NCBI GenBank assembly: GCA_043808785.1
Contig: JAZDEL010000008.1
Coordinates: 30,001 to 62,000 of the forward strand
Direction of reading: 5' to 3'
Length of the DNA: 32,000 nt
Origin: Candidatus Iainarchaeum sp.
GTDB taxonomy: Archaea; Iainarchaeota; Iainarchaeia; Iainarchaeales; JAZDEL01
A program made the translations under genes and the position numbers. Positions 15,098 through 21,824 of this stretch are shown piece after piece (the stretch's first letter is position 1; each line of letters starts with the position of its first letter). The notes beneath the pieces were generated by a model. It did not search any database. It was not told where the DNA came from and saw only the letters and a program-made list of their open reading frames with translations.

Positions 15098-15643
15098 TCA
15101 GTTTTTCCCTTCACTAATTGAACTGATTAGTTCGGACAGCATCAAGCCGCTTATGCGCTCGCGTGAACCAATGCTCCCGCGCACCATTGAGGTCGTGAGA
15201 TGTGCCTCTTCGTGCCTTATCGTTTTTTTAGCAGAACAGTTAAAAAGCAAGTTTATCCCGACAACGCCGACGCCGGGAAGAAAAACTGCCTCGCTTGTGC
15301 CATATGACTTCCAAACCCAAATAGGCCGCTCTGAAATCACGGCTATGTTGACTCCCAATGGGCTGCTTTGTTTGGCTATTTTGAACTTCACACGATTAAG
15401 CACTTCGGGAGAGCCTGTGAGGCTGTATTGACTGGCCCATTTTCTCAGTTTACTGATAAGCGCCTGCTTAGCTTCGGGGTTTTTCCAGCATTCAAGGAAT
15501 TTACGCTTGCCCGCAAGCAGAACTCGGGTTCGCTCCAGCGCATCCAGCCCCCCGATGCGCGCGCCGCTTCCAAACCCTGCTTTGCGCAATTGGGCAGTGT
15601 ATTCAGATTTTGACTTTGAAACTCTCGGCGCCATTGCTCTCAA
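15098..15643 (-). CDS. Hypothetical protein (181 aa) with an HExxH motif (RHEEAHL); possible zinc metallopeptidase
   Basis: VVGINLLFNCSAKKTIRHEEAHLTTSM shows a beta-strand then HExxH, reminiscent of ImmA/IrrE- or SprT-like minimal metallopeptidases. The promoter-like gcattttaatattgcc (rc of 15661-15676) is upstream. Confidence 0.5.
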   Translation of the reverse strand: MRAMAPRVSKSKSEYTAQLRKAGFGSGARIGGLDALERTRVLLAGKRKFLECWKNPEAKQALISKLRKWASQYSLTGSPEVLNRVKFKIAKQSSPLGVNIAVISERPIWVWKSYGTSEAVFLPGVGVVGINLLFNCSAKKTIRHEEAHLTTSMVRGSIGSRERISGLMLSELISSISEGKN

Positions 15644-15812
15644 TTAATACAACGGCAAGGCAATATTAAAATGCTTGCCTTAGCGCACGGTTCCCATAAG
15701 CGCGAAGCGGGAAAACCGCGGAACCCGCCCTCTGCGGCGTGTTTTGGCATTTCCTACAAGTAAGAAAGTCTTATATATTAGAACGCACGCATTTATTGCA
15801 GGAGGTGAATCT

Positions 15813-16079
15813 ATGCAGGCTTCTGTCGAAACAACAAAAATGTCAACAAAGGGGCAGGTGATAATCCCGAAAAGGGCAAGGGAGTTCACTGGCAGCGGGA
15901 AGGAAACCATATTCACTGTTTTTCCCTTTGACAAGGACACCATAGTGCTGAGAAAGCTGGACGCGGAGAAACTGGTCAAGGAGTTCAGGCAGCTCAGGGC
16001 GAAAGTAAGGGGCAAGGTTCCGGAAGCGGAGGTGTGCGGGATTGTCGGCAAGGCAAGGCGCGGAACGGGTTGTAATTGA
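15813..16079 (+). CDS. AbrB/MazE/SpoVT family antitoxin (VapB-like)
   Basis: MSTKGQVIIPKRAREFTGSGKETIFTVFPFDKDTIVLRKL is the SpoVT-AbrB fold signature. SD ggaggtga lies at 15801-15808 and TATA cttatatatta at about 15769-15779. Confidence 0.75.
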   Translation: MQASVETTKMSTKGQVIIPKRAREFTGSGKETIFTVFPFDKDTIVLRKLDAEKLVKEFRQLRAKVRGKVPEAEVCGIVGKARRGTGCN

Positions 16080-16479
16080 CACCAACATAGCGGTGTCCGC
16101 GCTTATCGCAAAGGAGGGCGCGCCTGCAAAGGTATTCGAGAAACTCATCCGCAGGGAAATCGAGAATTACACTTCAAAGGAGATAATATCCGAACTGAAG
16201 GAAGTGCTGAAAAGGAAGGAAATCGCCGAAAGGACGAGCGGAAAGGCGAGGAAGTTCATCCTGAGGGAGTACCTGAATAATTCAATGAGGGTCGCGGCAA
16301 AGCGCGGGGTGCACGCTGCGGCGCACGATGCGGACAACAGGTTCCTTGAGGCTGCGCTGGCTGCGGGGGCGAAATATATAATTACGGGCGACAGCCATCT
16401 GCTGGAACTGCGCGAATTTGGGGGCGCGAAAATATTGAGGGCGAAGGAATTTCTGGAAACATCGGCAGGGAAGGGTTAA
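16042..16479 (+). CDS. PIN domain toxin
   Basis: VVIDTNIAVSALI...AAHDADNRFLEAALAAGAKYIITGDSHLLEL..FGGAKILRAKEFL is a PIN-type pattern. The only in-frame start is TTG at 16042, which overlaps the antitoxin by 38 nt. Confidence 0.8.
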   Translation: MSARQGAERVVIDTNIAVSALIAKEGAPAKVFEKLIRREIENYTSKEIISELKEVLKRKEIAERTSGKARKFILREYLNNSMRVAAKRGVHAAAHDADNRFLEAALAAGAKYIITGDSHLLELREFGGAKILRAKEFLETSAGKG

Positions 16480-16489
16480 ATATATAACC
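16468..16489 (+). promoter_or_regulatory. Second exact copy of the 22-mer gggaagggttaaatatataacc, followed by a weaker gaaaggttaaaaac box (16505-16518)
   Basis: Read directly. It overlaps the PIN stop codon and lies upstream of the small ORF at 16551. Confidence 0.5.
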
Positions 16490-16550
16490 CGCTTCCTGCG
16501 CGGGGAAAGGTTAAAAACAAAGGAAGCGCAGGTATATTCGGGGTTCGGGA

Positions 16551-16748
16551 ATGCCTGCAAGGACAATGCGCGGAATAGTCCGCGGGTTCGGGTCAATAAG
16601 GCTTGACATATCGAATGTGGAAACAGCCGAGGAATTTGAAAGGCTGGAAACTGAACTTAACGACCCCGATGTCCTGAGCGAAGTCGGCGCGGAAAGCGTG
16701 CGCGTTTTGAGGGAACTGATGCTTGAAAGGCGCAGGGAAAAGGAATAG
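16551..16748 (+). CDS. Small acidic hypothetical protein (65 aa)
   Basis: An ATG ORF behind promoter-like boxes. Its 5' leader (ttcggggttcggga-ATGCCT) resembles that of the next gene. Confidence 0.45.
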   Translation: MPARTMRGIVRGFGSIRLDISNVETAEEFERLETELNDPDVLSEVGAESVRVLRELMLERRREKE

Positions 16749-16755
16749 GCACTGC

Positions 16756-16777
16756 GGGAAAGGTTAAATATAAAACC
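16756..16777 (+). promoter_or_regulatory. Third copy of the promoter box (gggaaaggttaaatataaaacc, 2 mismatches) upstream of cupin PGI
   Basis: It lies about 35-55 nt upstream of the ATG at 16812. Confidence 0.55.
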
Positions 16778-16811
16778 ACAAACAAACACAAACGCTTCGG
16801 GTTCGGTTCGG

Positions 16812-17597
16812 ATGCCTTCGGTTTTTGTCGATTTGCAGAAAATTTCAGGCTTGCCCCTGAAACTTGACAAAAAAACCAACCGCGCGGTTTTCGGTTCGGG
16901 TGCGAGGAAGGTTGACGCGGTTATACGCACGGGCGCGGAAATGAGGCAGGCGCTTGCTGATGCGGATTCTGTTGAGCCCGCAAAGGAGTGCTATTACATG
17001 TACCGCGGGGTTTGCATGGAGCACGATGCTTTGGAGATTGAAAGCGCGGGGCTGAGGTATGATATAACTGTTTTGCCCGCGCTCATGCTCGGAAAGGAGT
17101 TCAACAAAACCTTCGGGCATTTCCACCCGAAAGTCCCCGGCACTGCGATGAGTTACACCGAGGTTTATGAAGTGCTGCAGGGAAAGGCGCATTATATCCT
17201 GCAGAACCCTGCGTGCACGGAGTTTTTTGTTTTTGAAGCAAGCGCGGGGGAAAAGGTTGTTATCCCCCCTGGATACGGGCATGTTACAATAAACCCCTCC
17301 AAAACGGAAACTTTGGTTATGTCGGACTGGACTGCTGCGGGGTTCAAAAGTGATTACGGGGTTTTCAGGGAGAGGCACGGCGCAGCACAATATGAAACCG
17401 CCAAAGGATGGATAAAAAACAAAAAATACGCAAAAGTTCCGAAGATGCGCATGGTTAAGCCGCGCGAGGTTCCAGAGTTCGGGTTCAGGAAAGGGAAGCC
17501 GATGTATTCCCTCGTGCAGGAGGGGAAACTGGAACTGCTGGATTTTTTGAAGATGCCTGCGGATTATGCGAAGGTTTTTGAAAGGCTGCTGCGCTGA
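16812..17597 (+). CDS. pgiA: Cupin-type glucose-6-phosphate isomerase (cPGI)
   Basis: LRYDITVLPALMLGKEFNKTFGHFHPK...TEVYEVLQGKAHYILQ...GEKVVIPPGYGHVTINPS...SDYG aligns by eye with the metal-binding cupin core of Pyrococcus-type PGI. This protein is longer at both ends. Confidence 0.8.
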   Translation: MPSVFVDLQKISGLPLKLDKKTNRAVFGSGARKVDAVIRTGAEMRQALADADSVEPAKECYYMYRGVCMEHDALEIESAGLRYDITVLPALMLGKEFNKTFGHFHPKVPGTAMSYTEVYEVLQGKAHYILQNPACTEFFVFEASAGEKVVIPPGYGHVTINPSKTETLVMSDWTAAGFKSDYGVFRERHGAAQYETAKGWIKNKKYAKVPKMRMVKPREVPEFGFRKGKPMYSLVQEGKLELLDFLKMPADYAKVFERLLR

Positions 17598-17624
17598 ACC
17601 GCGCGCCTGAGCGCACGGGCGCAA

Positions 17625-18629
17625 CTACTTCTTCACAGCAACGAGTTTGCACATTTCAACAAGCCTCTGCGAGTAGCCCATCTCGTTGTCGTACCATGCG
17701 AGGACTTTCACGAGTTTCCCGCCCGAGACGCGGGTCATTGTTGAATCAAAGATGCACGAATGCTTGTTCCCTATGATGTCCGTGCTAACGAGCGGCTCCT
17801 CGGAATACTGCAGGATGCCGTTAAGTTCCTTTTCAGAGGCGCGCCTCATTGCGAAATTTACCTGTGAAGCCGTGGCTTCCTCCTTGAGAAGAACGGTTAA
17901 GTCGGTGATGCTGCCGTCAGCAACGGGAACGCGGAGCGCGAGGCCGTCGAGTTTCCCTTTCATGGCGGGGAGGACGTTGCCTATCGCGCTTGCGGCGCCG
18001 GTTGTTGTCGGCACAATGTTGATTGCGGCGCTCCTCGCGCGGCGCAGGTCGCGGTGCGGACCGTCAACCAAATTCTGGTCCGCGGTGTATGCGTGAACCG
18101 TGGTCATAAGGCCGCACTCGATGCCGAATGATTTCTCAAGAACCATTACAACTGGGGCGAGGGAATTTGTAGTGCATGAGGCGAGGTCGATTATTGTTTC
18201 ACCGTTGTATGAGCCGCAGTTGACGCCGCGGACGAATTCGTTAACGCCCGTGCCTTTTGCAGGGGCGGTGATTATCACTTTCTTGGCGCCGGCAACAAGG
18301 TGCTTGCCAGCGCCCTCTTTGCTGCAGAAAACGCCCGTGCTTTCTATAACTACCTCGATTTTCATTTTTCCCCAGGGGAGCTTTTCTGGTTCCTTCTCGC
18401 TGAGGACGGAAATTTTCTTTCCCGAAACAATAAGCGAACTGCCCTCGTGCTTTACCTCAGCGGAAAATTTGCCGTGCACGGAATCGTGCTTAAGGAGGTG
18501 CGCGAGCGTTGCGCTGTCGGTGAGGTCGTTCACTGCAATTATTTCAATTCCCTTCTCGCCAAAGGCGCACCTGAAAAAATTCCTGCCAATCCTGCCGAAG
18601 CCGTTAATTGCAACGCGAACCATGTGCAA
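17625..18629 (-). CDS. gap: Glyceraldehyde-3-phosphate dehydrogenase, type I (bacterial/eukaryotic-like)
   Basis: VRVAINGFGRIGRNFFRCA..., the catalytic SCTTNSLAPV and ...WYDNEMGYS... are present. SD-like gggaggt lies upstream. Confidence 0.92.
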   Translation of the reverse strand: MHMVRVAINGFGRIGRNFFRCAFGEKGIEIIAVNDLTDSATLAHLLKHDSVHGKFSAEVKHEGSSLIVSGKKISVLSEKEPEKLPWGKMKIEVVIESTGVFCSKEGAGKHLVAGAKKVIITAPAKGTGVNEFVRGVNCGSYNGETIIDLASCTTNSLAPVVMVLEKSFGIECGLMTTVHAYTADQNLVDGPHRDLRRARSAAINIVPTTTGAASAIGNVLPAMKGKLDGLALRVPVADGSITDLTVLLKEEATASQVNFAMRRASEKELNGILQYSEEPLVSTDIIGNKHSCIFDSTMTRVSGGKLVKVLAWYDNEMGYSQRLVEMCKLVAVKK

Positions 18630-18705
18630 ACCTCCCTTGAGCCAATTAACCTAAATATGAAAAGCATTTAAATTTGGTTGTTTTCGGGCGCCCCGAAATT
18701 ACGGG

Positions 18706-19077
18706 CTAGCCGTTCTGCAGTTTAATCCACTTTTTGTGCAAATCCTCTTTGCTAACCCTAATCTGCTCCAGTATCCCGAGCGCAGCATATGTGTCTTTAG
18801 TCCCATATATCTGCGCCAGCGACTTGTTTGACTCCCCTTCCTTCACCATTTCCATTATCTCCCTCAGGCGTGCCGCCCTCTTAAGCCCCTCCTTCCCATA
18901 AACCTTCTTTATGCTCCAGTCGCTTATTTCAGGGTTGTGCAGCACCATCTCGACACCCCAACCGTCCTCGGCCATGGCGGAGCGCATTTCCTTTACATAA
19001 TGGCGCTGCCGCCAGCTTCCGCGCACCTTTGCGATTGCGCCGGAAATAAGCCGCTTCAAAAAGAAAGGCTTCTTCAT
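18706..19077 (-). CDS. Hypothetical protein (123 aa), possible C-terminal HTH
   Basis: An ATG ORF. GESNKSLAQIYGTKDTYAALGILEQI looks HTH-like by eye only. Confidence 0.45.
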   Translation of the reverse strand: MKKPFFLKRLISGAIAKVRGSWRQRHYVKEMRSAMAEDGWGVEMVLHNPEISDWSIKKVYGKEGLKRAARLREIMEMVKEGESNKSLAQIYGTKDTYAALGILEQIRVSKEDLHKKWIKLQNG

Positions 19078-19131
19078 AATGACTTTTCTCGCACGAAATA
19101 TAAAAACCTGCGCAGGAATGCGAAAAACGGC

Positions 19132-20115
19132 TCACACGAACTGCTCGTAGTTCGTTGAATTAAACCTGTATAAAAATCTTCTTATGCGCTGCCCGTTGAA
19201 AGTGTATTTCTGCAGCACCTCTTTCTTTTCCCCCGAAAATTCGGAAAATGCGTGGCTGCGCGAGGGGTCGAGGAGAGTGAACTTTCCCGCGCGTTCGTTA
19301 GCTGCTTGCCCGGCTCCCGCATGCCCTGTTCCTGCGTGCACGGTTCCGGCGCGCTCGGTTATGACAAACGCGTGAGTTGTGAGGTTCTCGAGCTCCGCAA
19401 TCACGACCTCGGCGCTGGAGTCGCCGAGTGCGGAAAGCAGGGAGCAGAGGAAAATCGCAAGGTCCTCGTCATCGGCAATTTTGCCGCGCATTATTTCCTT
19501 GGGCGTGAGCCAGAAATTGATTTCCAAATCGCTTTCGACGTAATTGATGTCGCGCTGGAGGAAATCGAGGATGCGCGCAGCGGCCTGCGGATAGTGCTTT
19601 TCGAAGGAATAATCCGCGTGCCTGTATTCCTGCAGAAGGCTCTGGATTGTCAAATCTTTCTCATCCACAAGCGATTTCAACTCGCCGACGGTTTTTTTCT
19701 CGAATTCGTTTATCAGGTCGGAGTAGCGCGTGAGAAGGGTGCGGTAAAGCCTGGACCTCAAGTCCTGCACCTGCTCGTGCTGCTTCTCGTTTCCTGAAAC
19801 GGAAATTGTCGCGCAGCCTTTGAGGGCGTTGCACTCCTTGAGCGCGCCCATGAGTTTCGCTTTTGTTACCGCAAGTTCCTTTTTCAGGCGCGTGTTCTCG
19901 CGCTCAAGGTCTATGTAAGCGGGCCCCTGCAGGGAAGCAAGGTTGTTCTTGAGGTTTGAAATCTGCTCGGATAATTGCTCCCTGCGCGCATCATCATGCT
20001 CGTCCCTAAGTTCGGATTCGAGTTCCTGTATGCTGCGCCATATTGCCTGCTCCGCCGATGTCTTGCGGAGTTTCTCTATAGGGAGGCTGGATTCGGCATT
20101 TTGCTGTGAATGCAT
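19132..20115 (-). CDS. Coiled-coil protein with a C-terminal transglutaminase-like (Cys-His-Asp) core candidate (327 aa)
   Basis: The N-terminal ~120 aa is heptad-rich. The C-terminal DLAIFLCSLLSALGDSSAEVVIA...TTHAFVITE...GKFTLLDPS places Cys (19444-46), His (19372-74) and Asp (19267-69) in TGase-core order. The ORF-track extension to 20592 crosses the intergenic region and the pilin gene, so I reject it. Confidence 0.55.
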   Translation of the reverse strand: MHSQQNAESSLPIEKLRKTSAEQAIWRSIQELESELRDEHDDARREQLSEQISNLKNNLASLQGPAYIDLERENTRLKKELAVTKAKLMGALKECNALKGCATISVSGNEKQHEQVQDLRSRLYRTLLTRYSDLINEFEKKTVGELKSLVDEKDLTIQSLLQEYRHADYSFEKHYPQAAARILDFLQRDINYVESDLEINFWLTPKEIMRGKIADDEDLAIFLCSLLSALGDSSAEVVIAELENLTTHAFVITERAGTVHAGTGHAGAGQAANERAGKFTLLDPSRSHAFSEFSGEKKEVLQKYTFNGQRIRRFLYRFNSTNYEQFV

Positions 20116-20223
20116 ACGAATATATTTATCTGGGCGGAAAGCCTCAAAAAAGGCACGGTTTTGGTTAGGCACGCAGGAATAAGCGAAAAAGCGCCTGGCT
20201 TCGGCAGGGTTCGGGAAACGGTT

Positions 20224-20324
20224 GCGAAAAAACAAAAAACGCGCGGGTTTTGCGCGGGCACGGGAAAACCGGGCATGGTTTGCCGGACGCGGGGCAAAAA
20301 ACAAAAAACCGCCCGCGGTTTGCG
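20224..20324. repeat. Two direct repeats sharing the 14-mer aaaaaacaaaaaac followed by a GC-rich c/gcgcggttt-type segment (20227-20254 and 20296-20324)
   Basis: Read directly. They lie in the divergent spacer between the TGase-like gene and the first pilin gene. Confidence 0.8.
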
Positions 20325-20344
20325 ATTTACGCGCGCGGGAAAAC

Positions 20345-20371
20345 GAAAGGTAGGGTTTTATATTAATAAAA
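20345..20371 (+). promoter_or_regulatory. BRE/TATA-like box gaaaggtagggttttatattaataaaa for the pilin genes
   Basis: The TATA core at 20357-20366 ends about 21 nt before the ATG at 20387, which implies a leaderless transcript. Confidence 0.5.
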
Positions 20372-20386
20372 ATTACATATAGTGCC

Positions 20387-20824
20387 ATGGTTTCAGTTTT
20401 TGGAAAGGGGAATGGGCGAAAAGGGCAGGTGGCGATAGAGTACATACTCATGAGCGCGTTCCTTCTGCTGGTCGTGGGCGTGCTGTTCGTGCACTCATAT
20501 ACGCAGTATGACAGGACAATGAAGATCGAGATGACGCAGCATGCCGTGGATTCGCTTGGCGAGGCTGCGGACCAGGCGTATGCGCTCGGCACAGGAAGCG
20601 TGCTTTTTGTCGATATGGACCTGCCTTACGGAATCGAGGGCTACACGGTTACGCAGAAGAACATCACATTAAAGTTGAACCTAATAGGGGTGCAGGACAC
20701 GGTATTTACGAGGACTGTTGCCGACCTGAATATGTTTTCCGCAATTCCAACATCCCCGACAAGGCACAGGATGAGGGTCAGCATGGGGGCGACCAACATA
20801 ACGCTGCAGGAGGTCTTCGACTGA
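20387..20824 (+). CDS. Archaeal type IV pilin-like protein with class III signal peptide (145 aa)
   Basis: The N-terminus is MVSVFGKGNGRKG|QVAIEYILMSAFLLLVVGVLFV: a basic residue-Gly, then Q, Glu at +5, then a hydrophobic helix. Confidence 0.8.
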   Translation: MVSVFGKGNGRKGQVAIEYILMSAFLLLVVGVLFVHSYTQYDRTMKIEMTQHAVDSLGEAADQAYALGTGSVLFVDMDLPYGIEGYTVTQKNITLKLNLIGVQDTVFTRTVADLNMFSAIPTSPTRHRMRVSMGATNITLQEVFD

Positions 20825-20864
20825 ACTGCAGCCAGCCAAATCGCTTCGGGGGGGTGTTGCCGGC

Positions 20865-21224
20865 ATGCGTAGAGGACAGGCTTCCATCGAGATCCTGATG
20901 GCTGTGGGGCTTATAATCATAATATTCATCTTTGTGAGCTGGTTTGTCTCAACAAGGGCGGCGGATACGGAATTCGTACACACGCAGTACGAGAACCAGC
21001 GCGTGTGCGAAAGGCTGGCATCCATAATTTCTTCCGTTTACGCGGCAAAGTCCGGGACTGAGATAAAGACCACTATAGAGAGCAATGCCCAAATAGTGAA
21101 CAACAGCATACACATAGGGCAGTATGCCTGCGACTTCGTCGGCAAGGCAAACCCTGCAACCCTGGCTGCGGGGCCGATAAGTGCGCGCAATCAGGGCGGA
21201 ATCGTGATTTTGCAAAACCCGTGA
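20865..21224 (+). CDS. Archaeal type IV pilin-like protein with class III signal peptide (119 aa)
   Basis: The N-terminus is MRRG|QASIEILMAVGLIIIIFIFVSWFV. Confidence 0.8.
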   Translation: MRRGQASIEILMAVGLIIIIFIFVSWFVSTRAADTEFVHTQYENQRVCERLASIISSVYAAKSGTEIKTTIESNAQIVNNSIHIGQYACDFVGKANPATLAAGPISARNQGGIVILQNP

Positions 21225-21260
21225 TCCTGCAAAACATATGATGTTAGCCGAAAACGAGCC

Positions 21261-21276
21261 ATATATTAAATAAAAA
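21261..21276 (+). promoter_or_regulatory. TATA-like box atatattaaataaaaa upstream of the third pilin / VWA operon
   Basis: The centre lies about 23 nt before the ATG at 21291. Confidence 0.4.
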
Positions 21277-21290
21277 ATGCAGAAGGCGTT

Positions 21291-21824
21291 ATGATGGATG
21301 TTGCTTTTCCAGGGAAATCCCCTGCGTGCGGAGTAAGGGGGCAGATTGCGGCAATAGACTTCCTGTTCGGGCTTTTCATATTCCTGCTCATAGTTGCGTG
21401 GCTGCTCAGCGTGTGGACAAACAACATGGAGGTCGCGATAGGCGAGCAGAATTTCGATGAGATGAGGATGAAGGGCTTCCAGATCATGGACGTGCTTGTA
21501 AGGACGCCAGGCACGCCCGAGAACTGGGAGGGCACGGGCATCACAAACATAAGCACGATAGGGCTGGCATACAAGGACAGGGTTGTGGATGCCAACAAGC
21601 TCGCGAAGTTCATATGGCTCGGCGATATCGCGCACGAATATGCAAAAACAAAGGAGATATTCGGGATTGTGCCTTACGATTACGAATTCACGCTTGACGG
21701 CATCGAGGACTTCAACACCGGCAAGCCCATAGAGGGCGCACCCATAGTTATCTCGATGGAGAGAACAGTGCTGTATCTGGGGAGCGATGCAAATGCGAAG
21801 ATTGCCATTTACTGGGAAGAGTAG
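21291..21824 (+). CDS. Pilin-like protein (177 aa) with class III-type N-terminus
   Basis: The N-terminus is MMDVAFPGKSPACGVRG|QIAAIDFLFGLFIFLLIVAWLL. Confidence 0.65.
   Translation: MMDVAFPGKSPACGVRGQIAAIDFLFGLFIFLLIVAWLLSVWTNNMEVAIGEQNFDEMRMKGFQIMDVLVRTPGTPENWEGTGITNISTIGLAYKDRVVDANKLAKFIWLGDIAHEYAKTKEIFGIVPYDYEFTLDGIEDFNTGKPIEGAPIVISMERTVLYLGSDANAKIAIYWEE

Noticed and set aside
16845-17624. 259-aa minus-strand ORF
   Set aside because: It is antisense to the cupin PGI gene, which has clear family motifs. No motifs or promoter support it.
20224-20324. Possible CRISPR-like repeats
   Set aside because: There are only two A-rich repeat units, they are not uniformly spaced with unique spacers, and there are no cas genes. 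They are treated as regulatory/hairpin repeats instead.
20116-20592. Upstream 159 codons of the 486-aa ORF 19132..20592
   Set aside because: It reads through the repeat-containing intergenic region and overlaps the first pilin gene on the other strand. The translation is low-complexity (FFRNRFPNP...). The start is set at the ATG at 20115, although the A/T box there is closer than ideal.
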